Below are positions 24,329-38,075 of a stretch of 64,000 nucleotides of DNA, piece after piece. The position numbers and the translations under genes are program-made. Under the pieces are notes generated by a model, which ran no database searches, had not been told where the DNA came from, and worked only from the letters and a program-made list of their open reading frames with translations. Position 1 is the stretch's first letter. Each line of letters starts with the position of its first letter. Source of the stretch: Octopus sinensis (Eukaryota); assembly GCF_006345805.1 (NCBI RefSeq), contig NC_043000.1, positions 150,040,001 to 150,104,000 of the forward strand, written 5' to 3'.

Positions 24329-24716
24329 CATGGCTCTGCTGTAAGAAGCTTGCTTCCCAACCACATGGTTTCAGATTCAGTCCCACTGCATGGCACCTTG
24401 GGCAAATGTCTTCTACTATAGCCTCAAGCTGACCAAAGCTTTATGAGTAGATTTGGTAGACAGAAACTGAAAGAAGCCCATCATATATATGTATGTATGT
24501 ATATTTACATGTCTCTTTGTGTCTGTGTTTCTCTGCCTGACAACTGATGTTGGTGTGTTTACGTCTCTGTAACTTAATGGTTTGGCAAAGGAGACTGATA
24601 GAATATGTACTAGGCTTACAAAGAATAAGTCCTGGGGTCAACCTCTTTGACCAAAAACCCTTTAATACAGTGCTCCAGCATGGCCATAGTCAAAATGACT
24701 GAAACAAGTAAAAGAA
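24329..24716 (+). mobile_element. SINE family A (older)
   Basis: Diverged full-length match to family A. Confidence 0.85.
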
Positions 24717-24738
24717 TGTATATACTCACACACATTCT

Positions 24739-24790
<52 letters not shown>

Positions 24791-25380
24791 CATACACGTG
24801 TGGGTGAGTGTATATATGTTTATATATATACAGATATACGTGTGTGTGTGTACATGCATGTATGTGAGAGAGAGAGAGAGATTTCTGATTCAGTTCCACT
24901 GCACAACATCTTGGGCAAGTGTTTACCATTAATATAATCCCAGACCAACTGATACTTGTGAGCTAATTTGGTAAACAGAAACTCTACAATACCCTTTGTA
25001 TGTATATGCATGTATGCATATATGGGGGTTTGAGAGTGTTTGTGTGTGTATGCACATGTATATCTGTGTGAATATTTATATTCTGCACTATGCTGAGCTG
25101 CTGGTGGTATGGTTTGGTGACATACCCCTATTAGCAAATTTTACAGTAGATTTGCACTTTCAAGGTTGAGGGGGAGGAAAAGCTCCTTATTTGTAAAACA
25201 GGACAGATTTACAACAAGAAAGGCATCCAACTGTAAAATGGTGCTTCAGTAATAAGTATTTGTCTACGCTGTACATATTACCAGCATGGAAAAACAGGCA
25301 GAGGAATATGAATGGACAAATGTGTGTTAGTGTGTGTTTCATAAGTATGTGAATGGTTTGTGTGTAGGTATAAATATTGT

Positions 25381-25455
25381 GCTTCTGCTATAGCCCCGGG
25401 CCGACTAATGCCTTGTGAGTGGATTTGGTAGACGGAAACTGAAAGAAGCCTGTCG

Positions 25456-25490
<35 letters not shown>

Positions 25491-25705
25491 ATGTGTTTGT
25501 GTGTATGTGTTTGTCCCCCTAGCATTGCTTGACAACCGATGCTGGTGTGTTTACGTCCCCGTCACTTAGCGGTTCGGTAAAAGAGACCGATAGAATAAGT
25601 ACTGGGCTTACAAAGAATAAGTCCCGGGGCCGATTTGCTCGACTAAAGGCGGTGCTCCAGCATGGCCGCAGTCAAATGACTGAAACAAGTAAAAGAGTAA
25701 AAGAG
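25381..25705 (+). mobile_element. SINE family A, 5'-truncated
   Basis: Body and tail match family A. Confidence 0.9.
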
Positions 25706-25740
<35 letters not shown>

Positions 25741-26249
25741 CTATGTATATCTATGCTTGTATCATGTACATATGTATATATGATGTGGCTGTATAATTAT
25801 GTAGATATGTGTGTGTGTGTCTACGTATGTATATATTTATGTGCACGTGTGCTTAAGTGTGTATGTATGTAATGTGCGTTTTCAAGAGTATATGCTCACA
25901 TACTTTATATGTGCTTATGTGTTGTATTGTGTATGTATATTAATACTTACATGATTATGTGTATATGTATGTATGTGTGTGTGTGTGTGTGTGTAATTGT
26001 ATTGTGCACATGTGCATAATTCTTATGGTTTTACACTATTTTCCAATTTTCTTTTTTCCCACTTCCCTTTCTTATGAGAAGATTTTGAAATTTATCATCA
26101 TTTAACTCTCGAATAGTACTTTTTTCATCAAGCAATCTGCAAAACACTGTAATTCATGACTTTATAATAATGAGTGAATTCATGATTTTAATAGTTTGGC
26201 AAGTTGCCATGACAACAAAACTATTAACTCTTGAATTACTTTCATAACT

Positions 26250-26880
26250 TTTGTGTTTATAAATGTTAACCACTTTTCCATGCTTGCACGTGTCACACAG
26301 TTCAGAATGTAAATTTGTTGGCATTAGAAAGGGCGTCCAGCCATAGAAACCACTAGGGCTTGATGCAGCCCTTTGGTTCACTGGATTCTGTCAAACCATC
26401 CCAGCCATGCCAACATGGAAAATAGACATTAAATGATTGCACAGCACAAACACACACATCATCATCATCATCATTTAACATCCATCTTCCATTCATGCAT
26501 GGGTAGGAGAGTTGAGAGGAGCAGACCAAGTAGATGACTACTGCAGGCTACTGTGTGTTTGGCAGGGGTTTTATGGCTGGATACCCTTACTAACAGTAAC
26601 CAATCTGTAGAGTGAACTGAGTGCTTTTTACATGGCACCAGCACAGGGAAGGTCAGTTTTGGCAGGATTTTTACAGCTGGATGCCCTTCCAATGCCGACC
26701 ACTTTACAGTGTAGATTGGATGCTTTTTATGTGGCACCAGCACTGCCAGGGTCACCAAGTAATTTGCAAGACAAGGAATTTTGAGAGGGGAGGGGCCATT
26801 GGAGGAGGGGATCTCATGCCAGATGATGAAAGGTTAGAGTGTGACAGAAGCAGAAACAAGTGTCTTGCTACAGAGGAGGT
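26250..26880. mobile_element. Two old family-C-like LINE 3' ends, tail-to-tail
   Basis: Plus copy ends ~26440 (...CATGGAAAATAGACATTAAATGA); minus copy starts with (ATC)n ~26459. Confidence 0.7.
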
Positions 26881-26921
26881 ACATGGTTACCTAGCCACAG
26901 AAAGAGAGAAGAAAACACATG

Positions 26922-26960
<39 letters not shown>

Positions 26961-27207
26961 TATCCTTCGAAACGTTTAGTAGATGAAACCTTAGCGACTG
27001 AAGAAGGGGATTTTTCGTTGTGCTTATTGTCCTGTATCTCTCTTTTTTTTGCTTGTCTTGTTCCTTGGTTTGTGTCTATGTGTTTCGTCTCTCTATGTGT
27101 TCGACGTCTTTTTGGTGTCCTGTACACATATATGCGTGTATATGTACATGTAGAGGTAGGTACGTACATATATGTTTATATATATGCATATGTTCTATTT
27201 TATTAAC

Positions 27208-27247
<40 letters not shown>

Positions 27248-27495
27248 TTACATATATCCATACATTGTATATACTTATATTCATACAGTACATCATCATT
27301 TTTCCATGCTATTTAGCTTTTACTTGTTTTCTCCATCAAAGCATCTCTCCACTTGTTGCATTCTATTGTCATCATGAACTTCAGTCTCTTCCTCAGATTC
27401 TGTCCCTTGGATTGTATGGTACTTCTTTATCCATACATCATCCTTCATACACATCACATACCCGTACCATCTCTAGCTTTATTTTTCTGTATACA

Positions 27496-27660
27496 GTGCA
27501 GGTGGCACGTAAAAAGCACCCACTACACTCACGGAGTGGTTGGCATTAGGAAGGGCATCCAGCTGTAGAAACACTGCCAGATCAGACTGGAGCCTGGTGC
27601 AGCCTTCTGGCTTCCCAGATTCCTGGTCGAACCGTCCAACCCATGCTAGCATGGAGAGCT
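27496..27660 (+). mobile_element. Family C LINE 3' end, tail missing
   Basis: GGTGGCACGTAAAAAGCACCCACTAC...CCATGCTAGCATGG. Confidence 0.88.
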
Positions 27661-27664
27661 CCAG

Positions 27665-27950
27665 CACATTAATGTTACACTTCCGGCAGAGTATGTTCAC
27701 CTCATTTTTTTCCAGATTTTATTCATGCACCACATTCAGTGCCCTTGATTCTTGCCATGCAACCATAGCACATTCTAGATAAGCATCATACAGTCCCTCC
27801 TTCAGTTGGTGAGAACACTTTTGTTGCTGGCAGAGGTAATATCTCCCTGAATTTTTTTTTCCATTCTATTCATGCATAGATAGTGTTCTTTCAGAAAACA
27901 TCTATCCTCTGCTAATTTCATCATCTCACTAACAGAAGCTCACAACCACT
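27665..27950 (-). mobile_element. Old RTE RT fragment
   Basis: Minus strand KKFREILPL...; frameshifted match to the KFRELLPLL...LYDACVR region of the RTE at 7827. Confidence 0.6.
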
Positions 27951-28042
27951 TATAGGAAGCCTTTTGAGCATTTGAAGGTTTTATTTTGTGGCTGTTCTTC
28001 CTGCTAATTCCATATGTGTATCAGTTATACTCTTTTTTTTTT

Positions 28043-28242
28043 TTTACTCTTTTTTTACTTGTTTCAGTCATTTGACTGCGGCCATGCTGGAGCACCGCCT
28101 TTAGTCGAGCAAATCGACCCCGGGACTTATTCTTTGTAAGCCCAGTACTTATTCTATCGGTCTCTTTTGCCGAACCACTAAGTGACGGGGACGTAAACAC
28201 ACCAGCATCGGTTGTCAAGCAATGCTAGGGGGACAAACACAT

Positions 28243-28281
<39 letters not shown>

Positions 28282-28453
28282 CATATATATGACAGGCTTC
28301 TTTCAGTTTCCGTCTACCAAATCCACTCACAAGGCATTGGTCGGCCCGAGGCTATAGCAGAAGACACTTGCCCAAGATGCCACGCAGTGGGACTGAACCC
28401 AGAACCATGTGGTTGGTAGGCAAGCTACTTACCACACAGCCACTCCTGCGCCT
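28043..28453 (-). mobile_element. SINE family A
   Basis: Full-length reverse-complement match. Confidence 0.93.
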
Positions 28454-28539
28454 ATGTATAAAATATTTCCATCTCTATCCACCTGCCTGTGATCCCATCA
28501 GACCTCTTGTGCACCCATAGTTTACATTAATCTTAGCTA

Positions 28540-28658
28540 GTGGAAAACAAATACTTTGCTCATAGAAGTTAATCCATAAGCTTTCTGGAGCAGTTCACAA
28601 CTTTCTGTAACGTTTTTGGCCAGTTTAACATAAAACCTTATTGCGTACTGAGCTTGAA
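28540..28658 (-). mobile_element. Mariner transposase N-terminal fragment
   Basis: QAQYAIRFYVKLAKNVTESCELLQKAYG resembles the mariner HTH start (QR.AIKFC.KLGK.A.E...ML..AYG). Confidence 0.72.
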
Positions 28659-28659
28659 A

Positions 28660-29068
28660 AAATTGTCTCTGCAGCTGTGGTACCAGTGCCGGTGACAAGT
28701 AAGCGAACCATCCGATCGTGGCCGTTACCAGTGCCGCCCCGACTGGCCTCCATGCCGGTGGCATGTAAAAGCACCATCCGTTTGTGTCCATTGCCAGCCT
28801 CGCCTGGCCCCCGTGCTGGTGGCACGTAAAAAGCACCATCCATTCGTGGCAGTTGCCAGCTCCGCCTGGCACCTGTGCAGGTGGCACGTAAAAAGCACCC
28901 ACTACGCTTACGGAGTGGTTGGCGTTAGGAAGGGCATCCAGCCATAGAAACATTGCCAGATCAGACTGGGTCTGGTGCGGCCTTCTGGCTTCACAAACCC
29001 CAGTTGAACCGTCCAACCCATGCTAGCATGGAAAGCGGACGCTAAATGATGATGATGATGATGATGAT
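28660..29068 (+). mobile_element. Family C LINE 3' UTR with (ATG)n tail
   Basis: About 3 tandem units plus the conserved terminus. Confidence 0.9.
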
Positions 29069-29572
29069 CCTGACTGCATTCTGCAAGCTGAAAATCATGT
29101 CAATGGTCTTTCAGATTTTGCTTGGGTATCTTTTGCAGTCATCTGAGCAGTATTTTTGCTAGAATTTTCTGTGGTTGAGAAAAGAAAATTCTTGTAATTT
29201 TTACTGTGCACCCTTGAACCGTAGCAACAGACTACTGTATTGCTAACACTCTGTGAAGAACTGAAGAAGCTTACTGTGCAGTTCTCTCCTGCCATTAGGA
29301 TGTTGTCAATAGAAAGGAGCTTTCCATACTTTTGTCTCATGGGTGTCATTTACCAGCCCCTCCACATCTGGCAATAGATCTGAACTAGTATCTCTTGTAA
29401 CTTGTTTGATACATTACAAAACCTCGTGAGAAATTAAGGACCAGTTTAGCAGCTCAATAAAATTTTCTTATAAGTACTTTGTGTCACTTTCTCAATGCTA
29501 CTCTTCATTGATATGCTATCATTTTCTGAGGGTTGTATATCACTGTCAGATTGGTAAAGAAAGCCTCTATAC

Positions 29573-29791
29573 CAGTGCTTTTCAAACTTTTTGCTGGAGC
29601 GGAACCCCAAGGAAACATTCCACTGGCTCGAGGAACCCCTGTGCAATAATTTAATAGTCTTATGCACACATATCTACACAGGAGACTTAAAAATTACTGC
29701 CGATTTTAGCAGTTTTGTAACTTCTTGCGGAACCCCTGGACTGTACTGGTGGAACCCTATGGTTCCGTGGAACCCTGGTTGAAAACCACTG
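29573..29791. mobile_element. hAT (Charlie-like) MITE with 8-bp TSD
   Basis: TIRs CAGTGCTTTTCAAAC / GTTGAAAACCACTG; TSD CTCTATAC / CTCTACAC. Confidence 0.9.
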
Positions 29792-30289
29792 CTCTACACT
29801 GTGAGAATCAACAAAGAACTGAATTTTATGCACCTTTTGATCCCTCTATTGAGCAGCTGCAGTTCCTTTTGTTGCAAGGCATTTGTACCTTAGAATCAAC
29901 TAGTAACTTCTCCATGCTTCATTCAGAACAGTTTAATGGTACTTTCATTTTTCAGGAAACGACTGTTTTGTCTTTACAAATTTACATCAAACCAGTCAGT
30001 ATACTTGTGTTTGGGGAAGTCATTTGAGGCAGTAGCTCTGTTTTGTTGGTGTCTCATACAAGTGTTCACTGATGCAATATAGTTTTAATTTTCTACAAGT
30101 GTATACTACATTTCAGAATTTTTTAGTTTGCAGACATCCAGTCTTATTGGCACAGTTCTACACTTTCGTGTCACAGACAAATTGCATGCGATACATATCA
30201 ACATGTGATCTGTGAGGCAGTCAACCTTCATCTTCTTCATGGTACATGTGCAGTTTATATTTGCAGTGTTGTCCATGCATGTCAGTATA

Positions 30290-30532
30290 CAGTTCAGCCG
30301 ACGATTTCATCTCAATCGAAAGAGAGGGGCTTTCTCCGTCCGGGTTGCGGATCTGTGGAATAAGCTGCCAGACGAGATGGTGAAGATGCCGACGACCGCT
30401 CGGTTCAAAGTCTCCCTTGACCTCAAGTGGCCTGAACTCTTTACATGAACACCACCCTGTACATAACTCCATGTCCCCCTACATGGCCTTGCTTTTTGCT
30501 TTTTGAGCCAAAAAATTAACTAACTAACTAAC
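30290..30532 (+). mobile_element. CR1 LINE 3' end with (TAAC)n tail
   Basis: RGAFSVRVADLWNKLPDEMVKMPTTARFKVSLDLKWPELFT*; near-identical copy at 36510. Confidence 0.9.
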
Positions 30533-31072
30533 ATTTGATGTGACTGCAGATGACAACAGCTGTAAAATCATCTTTCAGAAAGCTAGGTGTTTGTTGCAAC
30601 CAGATCATTTCTGGGGCATATGTGAAGTAAGAGTTGTTCACTGGAGTTAAAATTACCATTTGCAGAGTAACCTAAACTTCAGTCCCTTATTTGATAATCC
30701 CTCCCCACTCTTGCATTAAAATAGCTGCAGACAAGTGGCTTGTTTGCTATTGGAACAATGTCCGAGTATCTTCATAGTGAATCATAGAAATTCTCTTTAT
30801 TTTGCCTGTTATCATAGGAGCATAGATACTAAAAACAATTATATCTCGATTTCCCAGTCAGGGTCAATCTCAACTATTGGTTATAGCAACAGGAAATGGT
30901 ACCAGTTTGCTGATGAAGGTTTTCAATGGCTCACCCAACACTAGTTTCACTCTGCACAGCATCCTTGTTTCCAGACCAGAAGAAGCTGTAAGTTTGCTCT
31001 TGTAACTCTCCTGGCCTTTCACTTGTGTTCCTGACAGTGTAGCAATGTCTTTACCATAACATATCAATTATT

Positions 31073-31470
31073 GCACAGGAGTGGCTGTGTGGTAAGTAGC
31101 TTGCTAACCAACCACATGGTTCCGGGTTCAGTCCCACTGTGTGACATCTTGGGCAAGTGTCTTCTACTATAGCCCCGGGCCGACCAATGCCTTGTGAGTG
31201 AGTGGATTTGATAGACGGAAACTGAAAGAAGCCTGTCGTATATATATGTATATATGTGTGTGTGTGTGTTTGTGTTTGTCCCCTAGCATTGCTTGACAAC
31301 CGGTGCTGGTGTGTTTACGTCCCCGTCACTTAGCGGTTCGGCAAAAGAGACCGATAGAATAAGTACTGGGCTTACAAAGAATAAGTCCCAATTTGCTCGA
31401 CTAAAGGCGGTGCTCCAGCATGGCCGCAGTCAAATGACTGAAACCAGTAAAAGAGTAAAAGAGAGAGAGA
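31073..31470 (+). mobile_element. SINE family A
   Basis: Full-length match. Confidence 0.93.
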
Positions 31471-32809
31471 GTATTGCAGTTGTTTTTATTTGGGCCTTCC
31501 AGAATTGGATACTTCCAACATTGTCCTGAAGTTCCAAGATCCAAAATTTAATTTGATGTTTTTTTTCTTCTTGCTGTATTTTGACCACACAAATTACGCA
31601 CCACTAGGTATGATATCGCAGTCAGGTTAGCATGAGTGGGTGGTTTGTATCCGTCTTTTTTATTGGAACATCTGCATATTGGAACAAGTATCACAATCCT
31701 GAAATAGCTGTACTTGGTCAATGAAATAGGATCTTGGGCCATTGCCATGCTTCAACACAAAATTACAACCATCACATTCGAATTACCAGTGTGCAAATTG
31801 CCAACTAGCAGTTATCACTTCTGTGCTTTTTCCTTCTTATGCACCATGCCCTTGCTACTGATTTAAAAGTCCAAGTAGTCACAAGCAGGCATAAATACCC
31901 ACTAGACTCTCTTACTCTTATCCCAGCAGAACCATCAAAAATGTGACAACTGGAAGAAGAAAACTCTACATCCATTTAAGTTATAGATTGGAGCAAGGTT
32001 TATTTGATAGTAACTTTATCCACTATTATAAAGTGGTATCATAGTATGTGTACAGTTTTTTTTTATTGATCCAACAGTGCTAACAGTTGGACCACTGCTC
32101 AATAAATTATGTTTATTCACAGCTAATCTTTACATCCACTACCCACCATCTGTAGGCATACTCTTTATTTATTTATTTATCCAGCTGAAAAGTTACATAA
32201 GTGACTCACAGATCAAGAGTTTCATGGGTTTATAATGATTTTCATGCTTGAATGGCATGAAATTTCAAACTTTTATATAAGACAAATGGTTACAATAGAT
32301 TTCACACTTTTTTGTTTATATACTTTTTGACAAATATAGCAAAGTTACATGACAACTGAAAAGATTCAATTGGTTAGTAATAATTTTCTTAATTAACCAA
32401 TCAAGCATGCTTAATGTATAAGCCTGCAATACGAACTTATAAAAACTTTTCACTGTAAGGGCAGAGATAGGGAGAAGTAGACAGTTCTTTTGGTTGACAT
32501 ATTGTTAGTCAGTGACACATTATTTGAACTCTCACTTCTCATCTTATAGAAACAGAGATTTGACTGTTGCTGCAAGATTTTTCATTTGAAGATGCCACAC
32601 ACTGAATATGCATTAATAGTTGTTTTAACAACTTTTCAACAAGATCTCAACAAAACTATAACACATTATTTGTCCCTCTATCTTTTCTACAAACTATTCC
32701 TGAGATGGTTGTATAGACAGAGTCCTTGGGCATCTCCTCCATAGGGTCCTATCAGAAGCAACCATTATTAGATTTTCCTACTGGATTCTGAAGCATGACC
32801 AACTGAGTC

Positions 32810-33125
32810 TATGGACATTATTCAACCATCTCCTTCTACAATTCAGTTTTCGTGCCTATCCTCACCTATGGTCATGAATGTGGGATAATAACTGAAGAAG
32901 CATAATAGTCAATACAGGAAGCTGAAATGGGTCTCATCCAAAGGATCTCTGGAGTACCCTTACTCAACAGGGTGCATAGCTCAGACATCAAGGAGTTTTT
33001 CCAGGTTGAACCACTCTTTTTTCATTTTGAGAGGTCACAGCTCCAGTACAACAAACATATGATTAGAATGTTGTAGGAAAGAATCGCAAAACAGATTCTT
33101 CAAACTATGCCGACCGACAGGAGAC
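32810..33125 (+). mobile_element. Old RTE (Rex3/Expander-like) RT C-terminal fragment
   Basis: VFVPILTYGHEC...IQEAEMG...VEPL...ERSQL. Confidence 0.7.
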
Positions 33126-33440
33126 AAATTATATAGAAAAACTATATTTATGCTATTCTGTTTTTAAATTCTTCTATCAAATTTGGTAGGATGAATATGA
33201 ACTGAGGTGTTTTAACTTAATTCAGTTTTCCTTGCTGCCAACTTTCTTGAAACATTAAACTAGATACTACTAGACATTCAATTTAATTTGATAAATTGAA
33301 TGTTATTACAAAAAATTGGAATATGAAGTTCATTTTAAATATGTTTCTATGAAGTTACTTAATTGCTATTTCTTAGCTCTGCACATGCTTTTACATGCTT
33401 CATTAAAATTTAACAAAAAGCTTTGTGAATAGAATATTAC

Positions 33441-33817
33441 TAGCTTGCTAACCAACCACATGGTTCCGGGTTCAGTCCCACTGCGTGGAATCTTGGGCAA
33501 GTGTCTTCTGCTATAGCCCCGGGCCGACCAATGCCTTGTGAGTGGATTTGGTAGACGGAAACTGAAAGAAGCCTGTCGTATATATATGTATATGTATGTG
33601 TGTGTTTGTGTGTCTGTGTTTGTCCCCCTAGCATTGCTTGACAACCGATGCTGGTGTGTTTACGTCCCCGTCACTTAGCGGTTCGGCAAAAGAGACCGAT
33701 AGAATAAGTACTGGGCTTACAAAGACTAAGTCCCGGGGTCGATTTGCTCGACTAAAGGCGGTGCTCCAGCATGGCCGCAGTCAAATGACTGAAACAAGTA
33801 AAAGAGAAAAGAGAGAG
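33441..33817 (+). mobile_element. SINE family A, 5'-clipped
   Basis: Match to family A. Confidence 0.92.
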
Positions 33818-34400
33818 AATATTGTACTAGCCTTCAGCTGTTGATGATTATGATATTAATCAACTTAAATTTTATAAATGGGAATACTTTAATCTCTACT
33901 AAACTCTTATCAGATGCACAAAATTCCTAACTCTTGAGTAATTCATACAGCTTTATGGCTAAATAACTCTCTGCTTTTGTATACTGAGTTCTGCAATTTG
34001 TACCATATATATATCAAACCAAATCATACTGGAACCTGTTGCAGCTTGCCAGCTCTAGTCAAACTGCCCAACCCGTGACAGCATGGAAAATGGACGTTAG
34101 AAGATGATGAAACTCTGCTGTTTGGTGAATTAATATGTAAGTGGGTGAGCATTCCAAGGACATGTGTACCCTTAATATAATTCTTAGGTAGAATCAGTGT
34201 GACACCATATGTGACTAGACTGTGGTTTTTAATTACAGGTAGAATCCATCTTATTTCCATCCATCCACACAAGGTATGGTTCAATCGAGCACACACCACA
34301 ACAACTGTTGGGGTTGACTTTTGCAGCTTGCAAAGCGAAAGAAAGCTCTCATTTATTGTTGTAAGGATAATGATGAGGAGAATTACAGAAGAATGGTATT

Positions 34401-34614
34401 GGCGAGCTGGCAGAAACGGTAGCACACTGGGCGAAATGCTTAGCTACGTCTGCCGCTACGTTCTGAGTTCAAATTCTGCCGAGGTCGACTTTGCCTTTCA
34501 TCCTTTTGGGGTCGATAAATTAAGTACCAGTTACGCACTGGGGTCGATGTAATTGACTTAATCCGTTTGTCTGTCCCCCTCTGTGTTTAGCCCCTTGTGG
34601 GTAGTAAAGAAATA
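34401..34614 (+). mobile_element. SINE family B
   Basis: GGCGAGCTGGCAGAAACG...GGGTAGTAAAGAAATA; short GGTATT flanking repeat. Confidence 0.9.
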
Positions 34615-36054
34615 GGTATTGGGGTAGGAATAATGAAGACAGGGGAAAGGGGAAGGGAAAGCATCGAGGGTAGGCAAAAGGAAGAGGAGTACAAAGTGGG
34701 GTTGAGTTAAGTGGACTGAGTGGCGTAGTCTACCTGCTCTGCCAACCTGGGTTTGGATGGTTCTTCAGAATTCAAGACAGTTCTTATTGGAGTTACACAA
34801 GTTCATTGTTAAAAGTGGGTGATAGGGAAGAGACTGGCTGTGGCAGTATTTGGAAACTGGGGTTTAGGAGGCAAGGTGAACAGTATCAGTAGGATGGGGA
34901 TAGTGAGAGCAAGATAGAAAGTGTAGGATGGTAGGGAGGGCTGAGCTGAAGGAGATACAGTGCTGCCCCATGTTATACATGGATGGGTAGAGTGATGTAT
35001 GTAGGAATAATAAGATGGAAGGGAAGAGCAGGGGTGAAAGGGAAAGGTAGTGTCAGAGGGTTAGTGGGGCAGAGTGAGAGTGATAAGAGTGATGAGGAAG
35101 GTTGAGCAGTGGCAGATGCAGTGTTACCCCCATGTTATATATGGATCAATAGAGTAGTTCACGAAAATGATAATGAGGTGCCAAGGTGTGTCTTTAAGAT
35201 AACATGTTCAAAGAGAACTTGGTGACGGGAGGATTAGTGATGGTGAATAAAGTTTGCCAGAGTGAAATCCTGTCCCCCCCCCCCGTTCCAAACATTATGA
35301 TTTAGGAGGAAAGAGGAAGGAGACAGCCTAATTCCTACTTCTACTGATACTCAGTCCTAAGTGCTCTTAATCCCCGATGCGCAGAGGAGACATAGACTCT
35401 GCAAATCACAAGAAAGGCAAACTATAAAAACTAAGTAGAGGTAAACAGGATTCTTTCATATTACTGCAGATAACTTCAATAGTGCTGGTGTTAAAATACA
35501 CCTAGTCCATACTTGAAAAATAAGGAATGAATGAAGAGACATAGATTCTGAAAAAAAACCCTAATACAGAACAGAAAGAGGAGGCTCTTTAAACTCACTG
35601 CATGGAATTTTTTTTAATACTGTTGACATGATGAAATGCACCTAGACTATGGGTACTGTAGGGGCCCATTCAACCCATGCTAGCATGGAAAAACAAACAT
35701 AAATGTTGATGTGGAGATGATAATTTTATACTCACTTTTTTGTGTATATATACATATATATTGCAGCATATGACTGTAATTTGGATGTTATTTTGCCAAA
35801 GGGCTAAAAAAGTATATTAAACTCATCATTGAATTATATTAAAATAGCTAAATATGCTGACACATAAATATATACATTAAAATACATCTTTAGGCATAGG
35901 TATGACTGTCTGGTTAAGAAGTTCAGGTTGCAATCATGTAGTTTCAGGTTCACCCAGCTTGAACAGGTGTCTTGTGTTATTACCCAGGATCAGCTAATAC
36001 CTTGTAAGTGAATTAGGTTGACATAGCTATATTAAGCCCATTGTGTGTGTGTTT

Positions 36055-36087
<33 letters not shown>

Positions 36088-36509
36088 GACATTATGGCCT
36101 ATCACCTTGCACTTTGAAGACCTGTGGAATATATAAATTCCTTACTTGAAAAGCAAGTAAGTGTTGGTGACAGGAAAAGCATCCAGGTGTAAAATTCTGC
36201 CTCAGAATCAACACACATCCAAGCCATGCTAGCATGGGAAAATGGACATTAAAACATGCATCATTGCTATCTTTAGAAGGAATAAGAGCCTAAGGACTTT
36301 GATGGTAATTTTAGTGATTTAGATGGACTAATTCATTTTCTAGGAATCGATCACTGGTAAAGTAAGTTCAATTGTTATAGCTTGCCTAGTATAGGCTGAT
36401 GACTAGGGAAAGTCATATAAATATGTGTAACTGGTAGAGCATAAGAGGATGGAATATTACATAATTAGGGAAAATGCAATACAACAAGGTGTATGCACCT
36501 TGTAAACTA

Positions 36510-36728
36510 AAATCGAAGGAGAGGAGCTTTCTCCGTCCAGGTTGCGGATCCGTGGAACAAGCTGCCAGACGAGATGGTGAAGATGCCGATGACCGCTTTG
36601 TTCAAAGTCTCCCTTGACCTCAAGTGGCCTGAACTCTTTACATGAACACCACCCTGTACTTAATTCCATGTCCCCCTACATGGCATTGCTATTTGCTTTT
36701 GAGCCAAAAATTAACTAACTAACTAACT
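36510..36728 (+). mobile_element. CR1 LINE 3' end with (TAAC)n tail
   Basis: Same family as 30290-30532. Confidence 0.9.
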
Positions 36729-37427
36729 GAGTGACCCTTTTCTTTCTTTCTTTTCTTTTCAATTCTTGCCAAGCCAGTTCACCTTATGGCTAATGTCATT
36801 TGTTGTTGTTGAAGACAGCATCTTTTCTGACAAATCTGTGTCTGTGTATGTAAGTGAGATATCTATATATACATCTCTTTCTATACTGGCTGAAGAAGTA
36901 AGTGGTTGCAGAAACATCTAGTTGTCTATTTTCTTTACACAGATATGTTCAAGATTCATACTTTCCATTTAGTTTGTGTAAACATAATCCTCAACTAATT
37001 TCTAATTAGTTGTAAGGCAACCTCATTGAATATCTCCATCAATTATTTGAATCAACATGTGGCTTGTTTGGTTTATGTATGCCTAGTTACCATGCACATA
37101 CACATCTTTTGGCAATCAGCTTCAGCTCGTGAAACAGATTTATATCTATAAGGATTCTTAAGTAAATCTACACTGCACGCGTGTGTGTGTATGTGTACTG
37201 ACACATACATACATCAGCTGAATATGATACTGTAACACTCAGAGTATAATAATAAAAAAAACATATTGTACTATGCTCTGCAAAGAAGCATTGAGTTCAA
37301 GATACTATTAAAAGCTCCCTTGTTTGATTATACATCTCAAATATTTTTTCATCGCTCCTCAATTTAATTCTTAACAAAATAGTTTTCTCTTACTAAAATG
37401 CATCAATTCGGTTGAAATTTTTTGACC

Positions 37428-37584
37428 AGTAGTGGCTGTGTGGTAAGTAGCTTGCTTACCAACCACATGGTCCCGGGTTCAGTCCCACTGCATGGCATCT
37501 TGGGCAAGTGTCTTCTGCTATAGCTCCGGGCCGACCAATGCCTTGTGAGTGGATTTGGTAGACGGAAACTGAAAGAAGCCTGTC

Positions 37585-37626
<42 letters not shown>

Positions 37627-37853
37627 GTATATGTGTGTGTGTTTGTGTGTCTGTGTTTGTCCCCCTAGCATTGCTTGACAACCGATGCTGGTGTGTTTAC
37701 GTCCCCGTTACTTAGCGGTTCGGCAAAAGAGACCGATAGAATAAGTACTGGGCTTACAAAGAATAAGTCCCGGGGTCGATTTGCTCGACTAAAGGCGGTG
37801 CTCCAGCATGGCCGCAGTCAAATGACTGAAACAAGTAAAAGAAATAAAAGAAA
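37428..37853 (+). mobile_element. SINE family A
   Basis: Full-length match. Confidence 0.93.
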
Positions 37854-38075
37854 GTACAGAAAACAACAAAGGATTGACGCAAGTGAAAGACAGCACAATA
37901 TTAGATCAAACTCTCCTTTCTCTAGCATGTATGTTGTTTATTCATGAAATTTACTCTTAATTTCTTCTAATTATCTTCCCTTCTCTTTGAAACTCACTAA
38001 CTATTATCAGGTCTTTGTTCTCATCTACAAATATTAAATCAATTGTGTGAAACATTAATGAAAATTTGATAAAAT

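Larger units (their letters stand above)
29075..31570 (-). mobile_element. Old RTE-BovB-like LINE 5' half (APE and start of RT), interrupted by three younger insertions
   Basis: Minus-strand pieces across frames: LNFGSWNFRTML, YSFFWSG, IYAPM, YFNARVGRD, RLDVCKL, HKYTDWFDVN, KILAKILL. Confidence 0.78.

Noticed and set aside
26961-27012. Permuted hammerhead-like string (ATCCTTC-GAAA...CTGAAGA-AGGGGAT)
   Set aside because: Both cores are present but stem I cannot be formed and stem II is mismatched. It may be a decayed relative and is worth including in a family search.
29095-31067. ORFs at 29095-29349, 29725-30027 and 30870-31067 as host exons
   Set aside because: Neighbouring frames spell RTE APE and RT motifs, so these are LINE debris.
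34620-35280. Purine-rich tracts (also 46300-46640 and 47090-47480) as G-quadruplex or regulatory elements
   Set aside because: More likely antisense remnants of old retroelements; no diagnostic motif could be established by eye.
36884-36930. CTGAAGA...GAAA hammerhead-like string
   Set aside because: Stems II and III are plausible but stem I has only about 1 pair, which is too weak to call.
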